DNA of 33,104 nucleotides from a virus (Duplodnaviria; Heunggongvirae; Uroviricota; Caudoviricetes): IMG/VR virus record IMGVR_UViG_2563366897_000003; one strand, 5' to 3'. Shown piece by piece: positions 25,617 to 33,104 of this stretch (position 1 is its first letter; each line of letters starts with the position of its first letter). The notes under the pieces were generated by a model. It saw only the letters and a program-made list of their open reading frames with translations, ran no database searches and was not told where the DNA came from. The position numbers and the translations under genes were made by a program.

Positions 25617-26690
25617 TGTCGCACTGAAGGGGGCGGCCAGTATAGTTGGCGCGAGTCGGCAAAACTAGTTGACGTCTAATACTCGGTTATACCGAACAAA
25701 AAGTGAAATTCCGTGCGCTGTTTCTGGAGCTGTTTTTCCGCCGTACGGTGAATTTCCACACCGAAGAGGTGATGCTGGACAAAATTACCGGAAAAACGCC
25801 GGTGGCGGCCTATGTCTCCCCGATCGTTGAAGGAAAAGTGCTTCGCCATCGCGGTGGTGAAACCCGCGTGTTACGTCCGGGCTACGTCAAGCCCAAACAC
25901 GAATTTAATTACCAGCAGGCGGTTGAGCGCCTTCCTGGTGAAGATCCGGCTCAGCTGAACGACCCGGCCTACCGTCGTCTGCGTATCATTACCGATAACC
26001 TCAAACAGGAAGAGCACGCCATTGTCCAGGTGGAAGAAATGCAGGCGGTGAATGCCGTGCTGTATGGCAAATACACCATGGAAGGGGATCAGTTTGATAC
26101 TGTCGAGGTGGATTTCGGGCGCTCTGAAGGAAATAACATTGAGCAGGCTGACGGTAAAAAATGGTCTGAGCAGGACCGTGATACGTTTGATCCGACGCAT
26201 GATATTGACCTCTACTGCGATCAGGCCAGCGGCCTTGTGAATATCGCCATTATGGACGGTACGGTCTGGCGTCTGCTGAATGGCTTTAAGCTGTTCCGCG
26301 AAAAACTGGATACCCGTCGCGGCTCAAATTCACAACTCGAAACGGCAGTGAAAGACCTGGGGGCGGTGGTGTCCTTCAAGGGGTATTACGGCGATCTGGC
26401 CATTGTGGTGGCGAAAACGTCTTATGTGGCAGAGGACGGTACCGAAAAACGTTATCTGCCGGAGGGCACACTGGTCCTGGGGAATACGGCAGCAGAGGGC
26501 ATTCGTTGCTATGGTGCCATTCAGGATGCGCAGGCGTTGTCCGAAGGTGTGGTGGCCTCTTCCCGTTATCCGAAACACTGGCTGACCGTGGGCGATCCGG
26601 CCCGTGAATTCACCATGACGCAGTCCGCACCGCTGATGGTGCTGCCGGATCCGGATGAGTTTGTGGTGGTACAGGTGAAATAATCCGTGA

Positions 26691-26720
26691 GCGGGGGCGA
26701 AATGCCCCCGTGTCTTTTTT
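26691..26720 (+). terminator. intrinsic terminator-like hairpin between E and FI
   Basis: 7-bp stem CGGGGGC/GCCCCCG with GAAAT loop followed by TGTCTTTTTT. Confidence 0.5.
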
Positions 26721-26734
26721 CACAGGAGGCTGAG

Positions 26735-27118
26735 ATGGCAACAAAAGAAGAAAATCTGAATCGTCTTCGTCAACTGGCTGGCCTGCTGGGGCGCGAGGCG
26801 GATATGTCGGGGAGTGCTGCGGATATTGCTCAACGTGTGTCTGAGTGGGAAGAGGAGCTTGCTGTTTCCCCGGAGGGCATTATGCACTCTGATGAGAGCG
26901 GGGCTGATCAAAATCACACAGACGATGGTGAGCAGTTGCACAACACTGATGCTACGGATGATGTTAAAGCGGTCCGTGTGCGGAAATGCCTGCATGTGAT
27001 GGGGTATTGCCCGGAGACAGGCCGTCCCGTTGAACTGACGTACCGGGGCATGCGTGTTATGGTGCCATCACCACTGGCGACAGCCATGATACAGCACGGA
27101 ACGGCTGAGCATGCGTGA
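26735..27118 (+). CDS. FI: DNA-packaging protein FI
   Basis: 127 aa from the ATG with AGGAGG SD (track ORF starts at 26687); position between E and FII as in lambda. Confidence 0.65.
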   Translation: MATKEENLNRLRQLAGLLGREADMSGSAADIAQRVSEWEEELAVSPEGIMHSDESGADQNHTDDGEQLHNTDATDDVKAVRVRKCLHVMGYCPETGRPVELTYRGMRVMVPSPLATAMIQHGTAEHA

Positions 27119-27464
27119 TTTTCAGAATGCCTTTGATGCTGCCCTTGCCGGGGTGGACAGCACGATTGTTGAAGTGATGGGGATCCGTGCGCAGTTCACC
27201 TCCGGAGCACAACGTGGCGGCGAAGTTCAGGGGGTTTTTGACGATCCGGAGTCGCTGGGTTTTGCCGGTGGCGGGGTCCGTATTGAAGGAAGCAGCCCGT
27301 CATTATTTGTGCGGACGGATACGGTGCGTGCCGTGCGGCGTGGTGACACGCTGACCATTAACGGCGAGATGTTCTGGGTGGATCGTGTTTCTCCGGATGA
27401 CGGGGGAAGCTGTTATCTCTGGCTCAACCGTGGGCAACCACCCGCTGTTAACCGGCGACGATAA
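27111..27464 (+). CDS. FII: head completion protein FII
   Basis: 117 aa; C-terminus GDTLTINGEMFWVDRVSPDDGGSCYLWLNRGQPPAVNRRR is nearly identical to lambda gpFII. Confidence 0.85.
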   Translation: MRDFQNAFDAALAGVDSTIVEVMGIRAQFTSGAQRGGEVQGVFDDPESLGFAGGGVRIEGSSPSLFVRTDTVRAVRRGDTLTINGEMFWVDRVSPDDGGSCYLWLNRGQPPAVNRRR

Positions 27465-27479
27465 ACGCAGGGTGAAATT

Positions 27480-28013
27480 ATGGCGATAAAAGGGCTTGAT
27501 CAGGCGATTGATAATCTGAGCCGGGTTCGTAAAAACGCCATTCCGGCGGCTTCAGCAATGGCCATTAACCGCGTGGCCACAACGGCGATTAATCAGTCTT
27601 CATCACAGGTTGCCCGGGAGACAAAGGTACGCCGGAAACTGGTAAAGGAACGGTCCAGACTGAAACGGGCGACGGTCAGAAATCCGAACGCAAAAATTAT
27701 CGTTAACCGCGGTGATCTTCCAGTGATTAAGCTGGGGATCAGGATGCTGGGCCGTCGTCCGAACAGCATACTTAAAGCCGGTCAGCATCGGTATCAGCGG
27801 GCATTCATTCAGCGATTAAAAAACGGTCGCTGGCATGTCATGCAGCGTGTGGCCGGGAAAAACCGTTACCCTATTGATGTGGTGAAAATCCCGATGGCGG
27901 CCCCACTGAAACAGGCGTTTGATGAGAATGTTGACCGTATCCGGCGTGAACGCCTGCCCGGAGAACTGGCATCCGCGCTGAAACAACAACTGAGGATTGC
28001 GATAAAACGATGA
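27480..28013 (+). CDS. Z: tail completion protein Z
   Basis: 177 aa; synteny and size match lambda gpZ. Confidence 0.75.
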   Translation: MAIKGLDQAIDNLSRVRKNAIPAASAMAINRVATTAINQSSSQVARETKVRRKLVKERSRLKRATVRNPNAKIIVNRGDLPVIKLGIRMLGRRPNSILKAGQHRYQRAFIQRLKNGRWHVMQRVAGKNRYPIDVVKIPMAAPLKQAFDENVDRIRRERLPGELASALKQQLRIAIKR

Positions 28014-28405
28014 AACACACTGACATTCGTGCCGCAGTGCTGGATGCACTCGAGCAGCATGAACACGGGGCGACGCTGTTTGATGGTCGCCCCGTTGTTT
28101 TTGACGAAGAGGATTTTCCTGCGATCGCGGTTTATCTGACGGATGCAGAGTATACCGGTGAAGAGCTGGATGCAGATACCTGGCGGGCCACGCTGCATAT
28201 TGAGGTGTTTTTACCGGCACAGGTACCGGATTCAGAGCTTGATCAGTGGATGGAAAGCCGGATTTACCCGGCGATGACCGCGATCCCGGCACTGGCAGGA
28301 CTGATTACCACGATGGTTACGCAGGGCTATGAGTATCGTCGTGATGACGATATGGCGTTATGGAGTTCTGCAGATCTGACTTATTCCATTACATACGAGA
28401 TGTGA
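28010..28405 (+). CDS. U: tail terminator protein U
   Basis: 131 aa; synteny and size match lambda gpU. Confidence 0.8.
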   Translation: MKHTDIRAAVLDALEQHEHGATLFDGRPVVFDEEDFPAIAVYLTDAEYTGEELDADTWRATLHIEVFLPAQVPDSELDQWMESRIYPAMTAIPALAGLITTMVTQGYEYRRDDDMALWSSADLTYSITYEM

Positions 28406-28412
28406 GGACGAT

Positions 28413-29159
28413 ATGGCAACACCAAATCCCCTTGAGCCGGTAAAAGGTGCCGGTACCACTCTGTGGGTTTACAACGGCAAGGCTGATGCTTATGCAAACC
28501 CGTTGTCAGACGATGGCTGGCAGCGACTGGCTAAGGTGAAGGATCTGACGCCGGGCGAGATGACGGCTGAACCCTACGATGATAACTACCTGGATGATGA
28601 AGACGCGGACTGGACCGCGACCGGGCAGGGACAGAAATCTGCAGGTGATACCAGTTTTACGCTGGCCTGGAAACCGGGAGAGGAAGGCCAGAAAGGGCTT
28701 ATAGGCTGGTTTGAAAGCGGCGATGTCCGGGCCTATAAAATCCGTTTTCCGAATGGCACGGTGGATGTGTTTCGTGGCTGGGTCAGCAGTATCGGTAAGG
28801 CCGTGACGGCGAAAGAAGTGATCACCCGCACGGTGAAAGTCACTAACGTGGGTAAACCTTCTGTAGCGGAAGAACGCAGCAAAATTACGCCGGTCACTGC
28901 GATTAAGGTGACGCCGACAGGTACGGTTGAAAAAGGGAAAACAACCACCCTGACCGTTACTGTGGAACCGGAAAATGCAACGGATAAGACATTCAGGGCG
29001 ATTTCCGCCGATCCATCAAAAGCCACCATTAGCGTGAAAGATATGACGATTACTGTGGCGGGGGTTAAGGATGGAAAAGTCAGCATCCCTGTGATTTCCG
29101 GTAATGGTCAGTTTGCTGCGGTGGCTGAAATTACCGTTAATAATGTGCCGGGTGGCTAA
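28413..29159 (+). CDS. V: major tail protein V (with C-terminal Ig-like domain)
   Basis: 248 aa; N-terminus [20 protein letters not shown] matches lambda gpV; C-terminal Big_2-like region. Confidence 0.9.
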   Translation: MATPNPLEPVKGAGTTLWVYNGKADAYANPLSDDGWQRLAKVKDLTPGEMTAEPYDDNYLDDEDADWTATGQGQKSAGDTSFTLAWKPGEEGQKGLIGWFESGDVRAYKIRFPNGTVDVFRGWVSSIGKAVTAKEVITRTVKVTNVGKPSVAEERSKITPVTAIKVTPTGTVEKGKTTTLTVTVEPENATDKTFRAISADPSKATISVKDMTITVAGVKDGKVSIPVISGNGQFAAVAEITVNNVPGG

Positions 29160-29177
29160 AGAGCTGAGAGATAAGCG

Positions 29178-29609
29178 ATGTTCCTGAAAACAGAACAATT
29201 TGAATATAACGGTGTATCCGTCACGCTTTCTGAGCTGTCTGCGCTGCAGCGTATTGAGCATCTTGCCCTCCTGAAACGGCGGGCAGAAGAGGCTGAAGCC
29301 AGCGGCAACCTGCAGGTGAGTGTGGAAGATCTTGTCAGAACCGGCGCGTTTCTGGTGGCGATGTCCCTGTGGCATAACCATCCACAGAAAACGCAGTCAC
29401 CGTCAATGAATGAGGCCGTGATGAAGATAGAGCAGGAAGTGCTCACCACCTGGCCTGCCGATGCCATTGCCCGGGCGGAAGACGTGGTGTTGTGCCTGTC
29501 CGGGATGATCGAAGCTGTTCGTCCGGATACTGATATTACTGAAGTGGCGAAAAATAACACGCTGACTGATGATGATTTTTCTGCGGGAAAGTCTTCGACG
29601 GCGAGCTGA
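29178..29609 (+). CDS. G: tail assembly chaperone G
   Basis: 143 aa; ends ...DDDFSAGKSSTAS with the slippery heptamer GGGAAAG near its 3' end, as in lambda G. Confidence 0.85.
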   Translation: MFLKTEQFEYNGVSVTLSELSALQRIEHLALLKRRAEEAEASGNLQVSVEDLVRTGAFLVAMSLWHNHPQKTQSPSMNEAVMKIEQEVLTTWPADAIARAEDVVLCLSGMIEAVRPDTDITEVAKNNTLTDDDFSAGKSSTAS

Positions 29610-30049
29610 ACTTTGCCCTCAGACTGGCGCGTGAGATGGGGAGACCCGACTGGCGCGCCATGCTTGCCGGGATGACATCCACCGAATATGCCGACTGGCA
29701 CCGTTTTTACCGCACGCATTATTTTCAGGATACCCAGCTGGATATGCATTTTTCCGGGCTGACGTACGCTGTACTCAGCCTGTTTTTTTGCGATCCGGAT
29801 ATGCATCCCTCTGATTTCAGTCTGCTTGTCCCCCGGCATGAGGAAGAGCAGGTGGAGAGGCCGGATGAGGACAAAATGCTGATGCAGAAAGCGGCAGGAC
29901 TTGCCGGAGGCGTCCGGTTCGGTGGGGACGGAGGGCGCGATATTTTATCGTCTGTGGATGTGGCGGATGTCATGGTGGATGATGCCGCATTAATGATGGC
30001 TTCAGCGGGGATTCCGGGAGGTGTGAGATATGTCCCAGCCGGTTGGTGA
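29585..30049 (+). CDS. T: tail assembly chaperone T, made as a G-T fusion by programmed -1 frameshift
   Basis: Slippery site G GGA AAG at 29585-29591; the -1 frame continues to 30049 and encodes ...GRPDWRAMLAGMTSTEYADWHRFYRTHYFQD..., matching lambda gpT. Confidence 0.8.
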   Translation, partial: GKVFDGELNFALRLAREMGRPDWRAMLAGMTSTEYADWHRFYRTHYFQDTQLDMHFSGLTYAVLSLFFCDPDMHPSDFSLLVPRHEEEQVERPDEDKMLMQKAAGLAGGVRFGGDGGRDILSSVDVADVMVDDAALMMASAGIPGGVRYVPAGW

Positions 30050-32591
30050 TCTTGTTATTGACCTGAGTCTGGATGCTGTCCGTTTCGATGAGCAGATGAG
30101 CCGGGTAAGGCGTCATTTTTCAGGTCTGGATACCGACGCCAGAAAAACCGCCAGTGCTGTTGAACAGGGCCTGAGCCGCCAGGCGCTGGCTGCACAAAAA
30201 GCCGGGATTTCCGTCGGGCAGTATAAAGCGGCCATGCGAACCCTGCCCGCACAGTTTACGGATATCGCCACGCAGCTTGCCGGTGGTCAGAATCCCTGGC
30301 TGATCCTGCTGCAACAGGGCGGTCAGGTGAAGGACTCCTTCGGCGGGATGATCCCCATGTTCAGGGGGCTTGCCGGTGCGATCACCCTGCCGATGGTCGG
30401 GGTCACCTCGCTGGCGGTGGCGACAGGTGCGCTGGTGTACGCCTGGTACCAGGGAGATTCCACGCTTTCAGCGTTTAATAAAACCCTGGTTCTTTCCGGT
30501 AATCAGTCCGGACTGACTGCCGATCGCATGCTGACGCTCTCCAGAGCCGGACAGGCCGCAGGGCTGACGTTTAACCAGGCGAGTGAGTCACTGGCAGCCC
30601 TGGTGAATGCCGGTGTGCGTGGTGGTGAACAGTTTGATGCCATCAACCAGAGTGTCGCGCGTTTTGCTTCTGCATCCGGTGTGGAGGTGGACAAGGTTGC
30701 AGAGGCTTTCGGAAAACTGACCACTGACCCGACGTCGGGGCTGATTGCGATGGCGAAGCAGTTCCATAACGTGACGGCGGAGCAGATTGCGTATGTTGCT
30801 CAGTTGCAGCGTTCCGGCGATGAAGCCGGGGCATTGCAGGCGGCGAACGAGGCCGCAACGAAAGGGTTTGATGACCAGACCCGACGCTTGAAAGAGAACA
30901 TGGGCACGCTGGAAACCTGGGCAGACAGGACAGCACGGGCATTCAAATCCATGTGGGATGCGGTGCTGGATATTGGTCGTCCTGATACCGCGCAGGAGAT
31001 GCTGATTAAGGCAGAGGCCGCGTTTAAGAAAGCGGACGATATCTGGAATCTGCGCAAGGATGATTATTTTGTTAACGATGAAGCGCGGGCGCGTTACTGG
31101 GATGATCGTGAAAAGGCCCGTCTTGCGCTTGAAGCCGCCCGAAAGAAGGCTGAGCAGCAGAGTCAACAGGACAAAAATGCGCAGCAGCAGAGCGATACCG
31201 AAGCGTCACGGCTGAAATATACCGAAGAGGCGCAGAAGGCTTACGAACGGCTGCAGACGCCGCTGGAGAAATATACCGCCCGTCAGGAAGAACTGAACAA
31301 GGCACTGAAAGACGGGAAAATCCTGCAGGCGGATTACAACACGCTGATGGCGGCGGCGAAAAAGGATTATGAAGCGACGCTGAAAAAGCCGAAACAGTCC
31401 GGCGTGAAGGTGTCTGCGGGCGATCGTCAGGAAGACAGTGCTCATGCTGCCCTGCTGACGCTTCAGGCAGAACTCCGGACGCTGGAGAAGCATGCCGGAG
31501 CAAATGAGAAAATCAGCCAGCAGCGCCGGGATTTGTGGAAGGCGGAGAGTCAGTTCGCGGTACTGGAGGAGGCGGCGCAACGTCGCCAGCTGTCTGCACA
31601 GGAGAAATCCCTGCTGGCGCATAAAGATGAGACGCTGGAGTACAAACGCCAGCTGGCTGCACTTGGCGACAAGGTTACGTATCAGGAGCGCCTGAACGCG
31701 CTGGCGCAGCAGGCGGATAAATTCGCACAGCAGCAACGGGCAAAACGGGCCGCCATTGATGCGAAAAGCCGGGGGCTGACTGACCGGCAGGCAGAACGGG
31801 AAGCCACGGAACAGCGCCTGAAGGAACAGTATGGCGATAATCCGCTGGCGCTGAATAACGTCATGTCAGAGCAGAAAAAGACCTGGGCGGCTGAAGACCT
31901 GCTTCGCGGGAACTGGATGGCAGGCCTCAGGTCCGGCTGGAGTGAGTGGGAAGAGAGTGCCACGGACAGTATGTCGCAGGTAAAAAGTGCAGCCACGCAG
32001 ACCTTTGACGGTATTGCACAGAATATGGCAGCGATGCTGACCGGCAGCGAACAGAACTGGCGTGGTTTCACCCGTTCTGTGCTGTCCATGCTGACAGAGA
32101 TTTTTCTGAAGCAGGCGATGGTGGGGATTGTCGGGAGTATCGGCAGCGCTATTGGCGGGGCTGTTGGTGGCGGCGCATCCGCGTCAGGCGGTACAGCCAT
32201 TCAGGCCGCTGCGGCGAAATTCCATTTTGCAACCGGAGGATTTACGGGAACCGGCGGCAAATATGAGCCAGCGGGGATTGTTCACCGTGGTGAATTTGTC
32301 TTCACGAAGGAGGCAACCAGCCGGATTGGTGTCGGCAACCTGTATCGTCTGATGCGCGGGTATGCGGAAGGTGGTTATGTCGGCGGTGCCGGAAGTCCGG
32401 CGCAGATGCGGCGGGCCGAAGGTATTAATTTTAATCAGAACAATCACGTGGTGATTCAGAACGACGGTATCAACGGACAGGCGGGGTCGCAGCTGATGAA
32501 GGCGGTGTATGACATGGCCCGCAAGGGGGCACAGGATGAACTCCGGCTGCAGTTGCGTGATGGCGGTCTGTTATCAGGGAGCGGTCGATGA
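30030..32591 (+). CDS. H: tail tape measure protein H
   Basis: 853 aa (same length as lambda gpH), coiled-coil-rich, Gly-rich C-terminus; between G/T and M. Confidence 0.9.
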   Translation: MSQPVGDLVIDLSLDAVRFDEQMSRVRRHFSGLDTDARKTASAVEQGLSRQALAAQKAGISVGQYKAAMRTLPAQFTDIATQLAGGQNPWLILLQQGGQVKDSFGGMIPMFRGLAGAITLPMVGVTSLAVATGALVYAWYQGDSTLSAFNKTLVLSGNQSGLTADRMLTLSRAGQAAGLTFNQASESLAALVNAGVRGGEQFDAINQSVARFASASGVEVDKVAEAFGKLTTDPTSGLIAMAKQFHNVTAEQIAYVAQLQRSGDEAGALQAANEAATKGFDDQTRRLKENMGTLETWADRTARAFKSMWDAVLDIGRPDTAQEMLIKAEAAFKKADDIWNLRKDDYFVNDEARARYWDDREKARLALEAARKKAEQQSQQDKNAQQQSDTEASRLKYTEEAQKAYERLQTPLEKYTARQEELNKALKDGKILQADYNTLMAAAKKDYEATLKKPKQSGVKVSAGDRQEDSAHAALLTLQAELRTLEKHAGANEKISQQRRDLWKAESQFAVLEEAAQRRQLSAQEKSLLAHKDETLEYKRQLAALGDKVTYQERLNALAQQADKFAQQQRAKRAAIDAKSRGLTDRQAEREATEQRLKEQYGDNPLALNNVMSEQKKTWAAEDLLRGNWMAGLRSGWSEWEESATDSMSQVKSAATQTFDGIAQNMAAMLTGSEQNWRGFTRSVLSMLTEIFLKQAMVGIVGSIGSAIGGAVGGGASASGGTAIQAAAAKFHFATGGFTGTGGKYEPAGIVHRGEFVFTKEATSRIGVGNLYRLMRGYAEGGYVGGAGSPAQMRRAEGINFNQNNHVVIQNDGINGQAGSQLMKAVYDMARKGAQDELRLQLRDGGLLSGSGR

Positions 32592-32917
32592 AAACCTTTC
32601 GCTGGAAAGTGAAGCCGGATATGGAGGTGAACTCGCAGCCATCGGTGCGTGAAGTGCGTTTTGGTGACGGGTACTCACAGCGTATGGCGGCAGGGCTGAA
32701 TGCTGACCTGAAAACATACAGGGTGACGCTTTCCGTGACCCGGGAGGAGGCCCGGCATCTGGAAGCGTTCCTGGCAGAGCACGGTGGCTGGAAGGCATTT
32801 TTGTGGAAGCCACCCTATGCATACCGGCAGATAAAGGTGACCTGTGCCGGGTGGTCTGCGCGGGTCGGGATGTTGCGCGTTGAGTTCAGCGCGGAGTTTA
32901 AGCAGGTGGTGAACTGA
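32588..32917 (+). CDS. M: minor tail protein M
   Basis: 109 aa; MKTFRWKVKPDMEVNSQPSVREVRFGDGYSQR matches lambda gpM. Confidence 0.85.
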   Translation: MKTFRWKVKPDMEVNSQPSVREVRFGDGYSQRMAAGLNADLKTYRVTLSVTREEARHLEAFLAEHGGWKAFLWKPPYAYRQIKVTCAGWSARVGMLRVEFSAEFKQVVN

Positions 32918-33104
32918 TGCAGGATATTCGCGAAGAAAGTCTGAACGAGTCGGTTAAGTCAGAGCAGTCACCGCGGGTGGTACTCTGGGAAATCGACCTG
33001 ACGGTACAGGGTGGTGAGCGGTATTTTTTCTGTAATGAGCTGAATGAAAAAGGGGAGCCGGTCACCTGGCAGGGGCGTAAGTATGAGGCATACCCGATTG
33101 ACGG
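32917..33104 (+). CDS. L: minor tail protein L (N-terminal part; gene runs off the window end)
   Basis: MQDIREESLNE...VVLWEIDLT...GGERYFFCNELNEKGEPVTWQGRKYEAYPIDG matches the lambda gpL N-terminus. Confidence 0.85.
   Translation, partial: MQDIREESLNESVKSEQSPRVVLWEIDLTVQGGERYFFCNELNEKGEPVTWQGRKYEAYPID

Larger units (their letters stand above)
23275..25680 (+). mobile_element. IS21-family insertion sequence (about 2.4 kb, istA-istB)
   Basis: Flanked by a 10-bp direct repeat ACTCGGTTAT (23265-23274 and 25681-25690); imperfect terminal inverted repeats (left GAGACGACAATAACTCAGTCCGCCTGGCGCC..., right-end complement TTAGACGTCAACTAGTTTTGCCGACTCGCGCC...); encodes IstA-like transposase and IstB-like ATPase. 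Confidence 0.8.
23239..26683 (+). pseudogene. E: major capsid protein E, disrupted near codon 12 by an IS21-family insertion
   Basis: 5' fragment at 23239-23274 (MGLFTTRQLLGY) and 3' part from 25681 (TEQKVKFRALFLELFF...) together align with the lambda gpE N-terminus (MSMYTTAQLLAANEQKFKFDPLFLRLFF); track ORF 25703..26683 is the 3' portion. Confidence 0.8.

Overview
This window is about 33 kb of a mosaic lambdoid prophage of an enterobacterial (E. coli-like) host. All calls come from reading the sequence and the ORF track against remembered protein families; no database search was run. Left to right: (1) an early/immunity region with a minus-strand CI-like repressor (HTH plus S24 autopeptidase), divergent operator/promoter region, Cro/YdaS-like and YdaT/CII-like genes, and a replisome-organizer gene carrying two internal GTCACG iteron arrays (putative origin); (2) a nin-like accessory region with two small acidic proteins, a frameshifted remnant, a small membrane protein, a Hok/Gef toxin gene, a DUF968 protein, RusA and a Q antiterminator; (3) a late promoter/terminator pair, two tRNAs (Ile-CAU type and Arg-UCU), then an AT-rich cargo island at the position where Stx phages carry stx; (4) a NanS-p-type esterase and a phage-21-type lysis cassette (dual-start pinholin, SAR endolysin, Rz/Rz1) with an unexplained 296-aa gene between holin and endolysin; (5) a TonB C-terminal-domain lipoprotein and two small minus-strand genes between Rz and cos; (6) a lambda-identical cosN and a lambda-like head/tail module Nu1, A, W, B, C/Nu3, D, E, FI, FII, Z, U, V, G/T, H, M and the start of L. 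The major capsid gene E is split near codon 12 by a roughly 2.4 kb IS21-family element (istA/istB), so the prophage is probably defective. The best candidates for undescribed biology are the TonB-CTD lipoprotein, the gene inserted in the lysis cassette, and the cargo island at the stx-equivalent locus.
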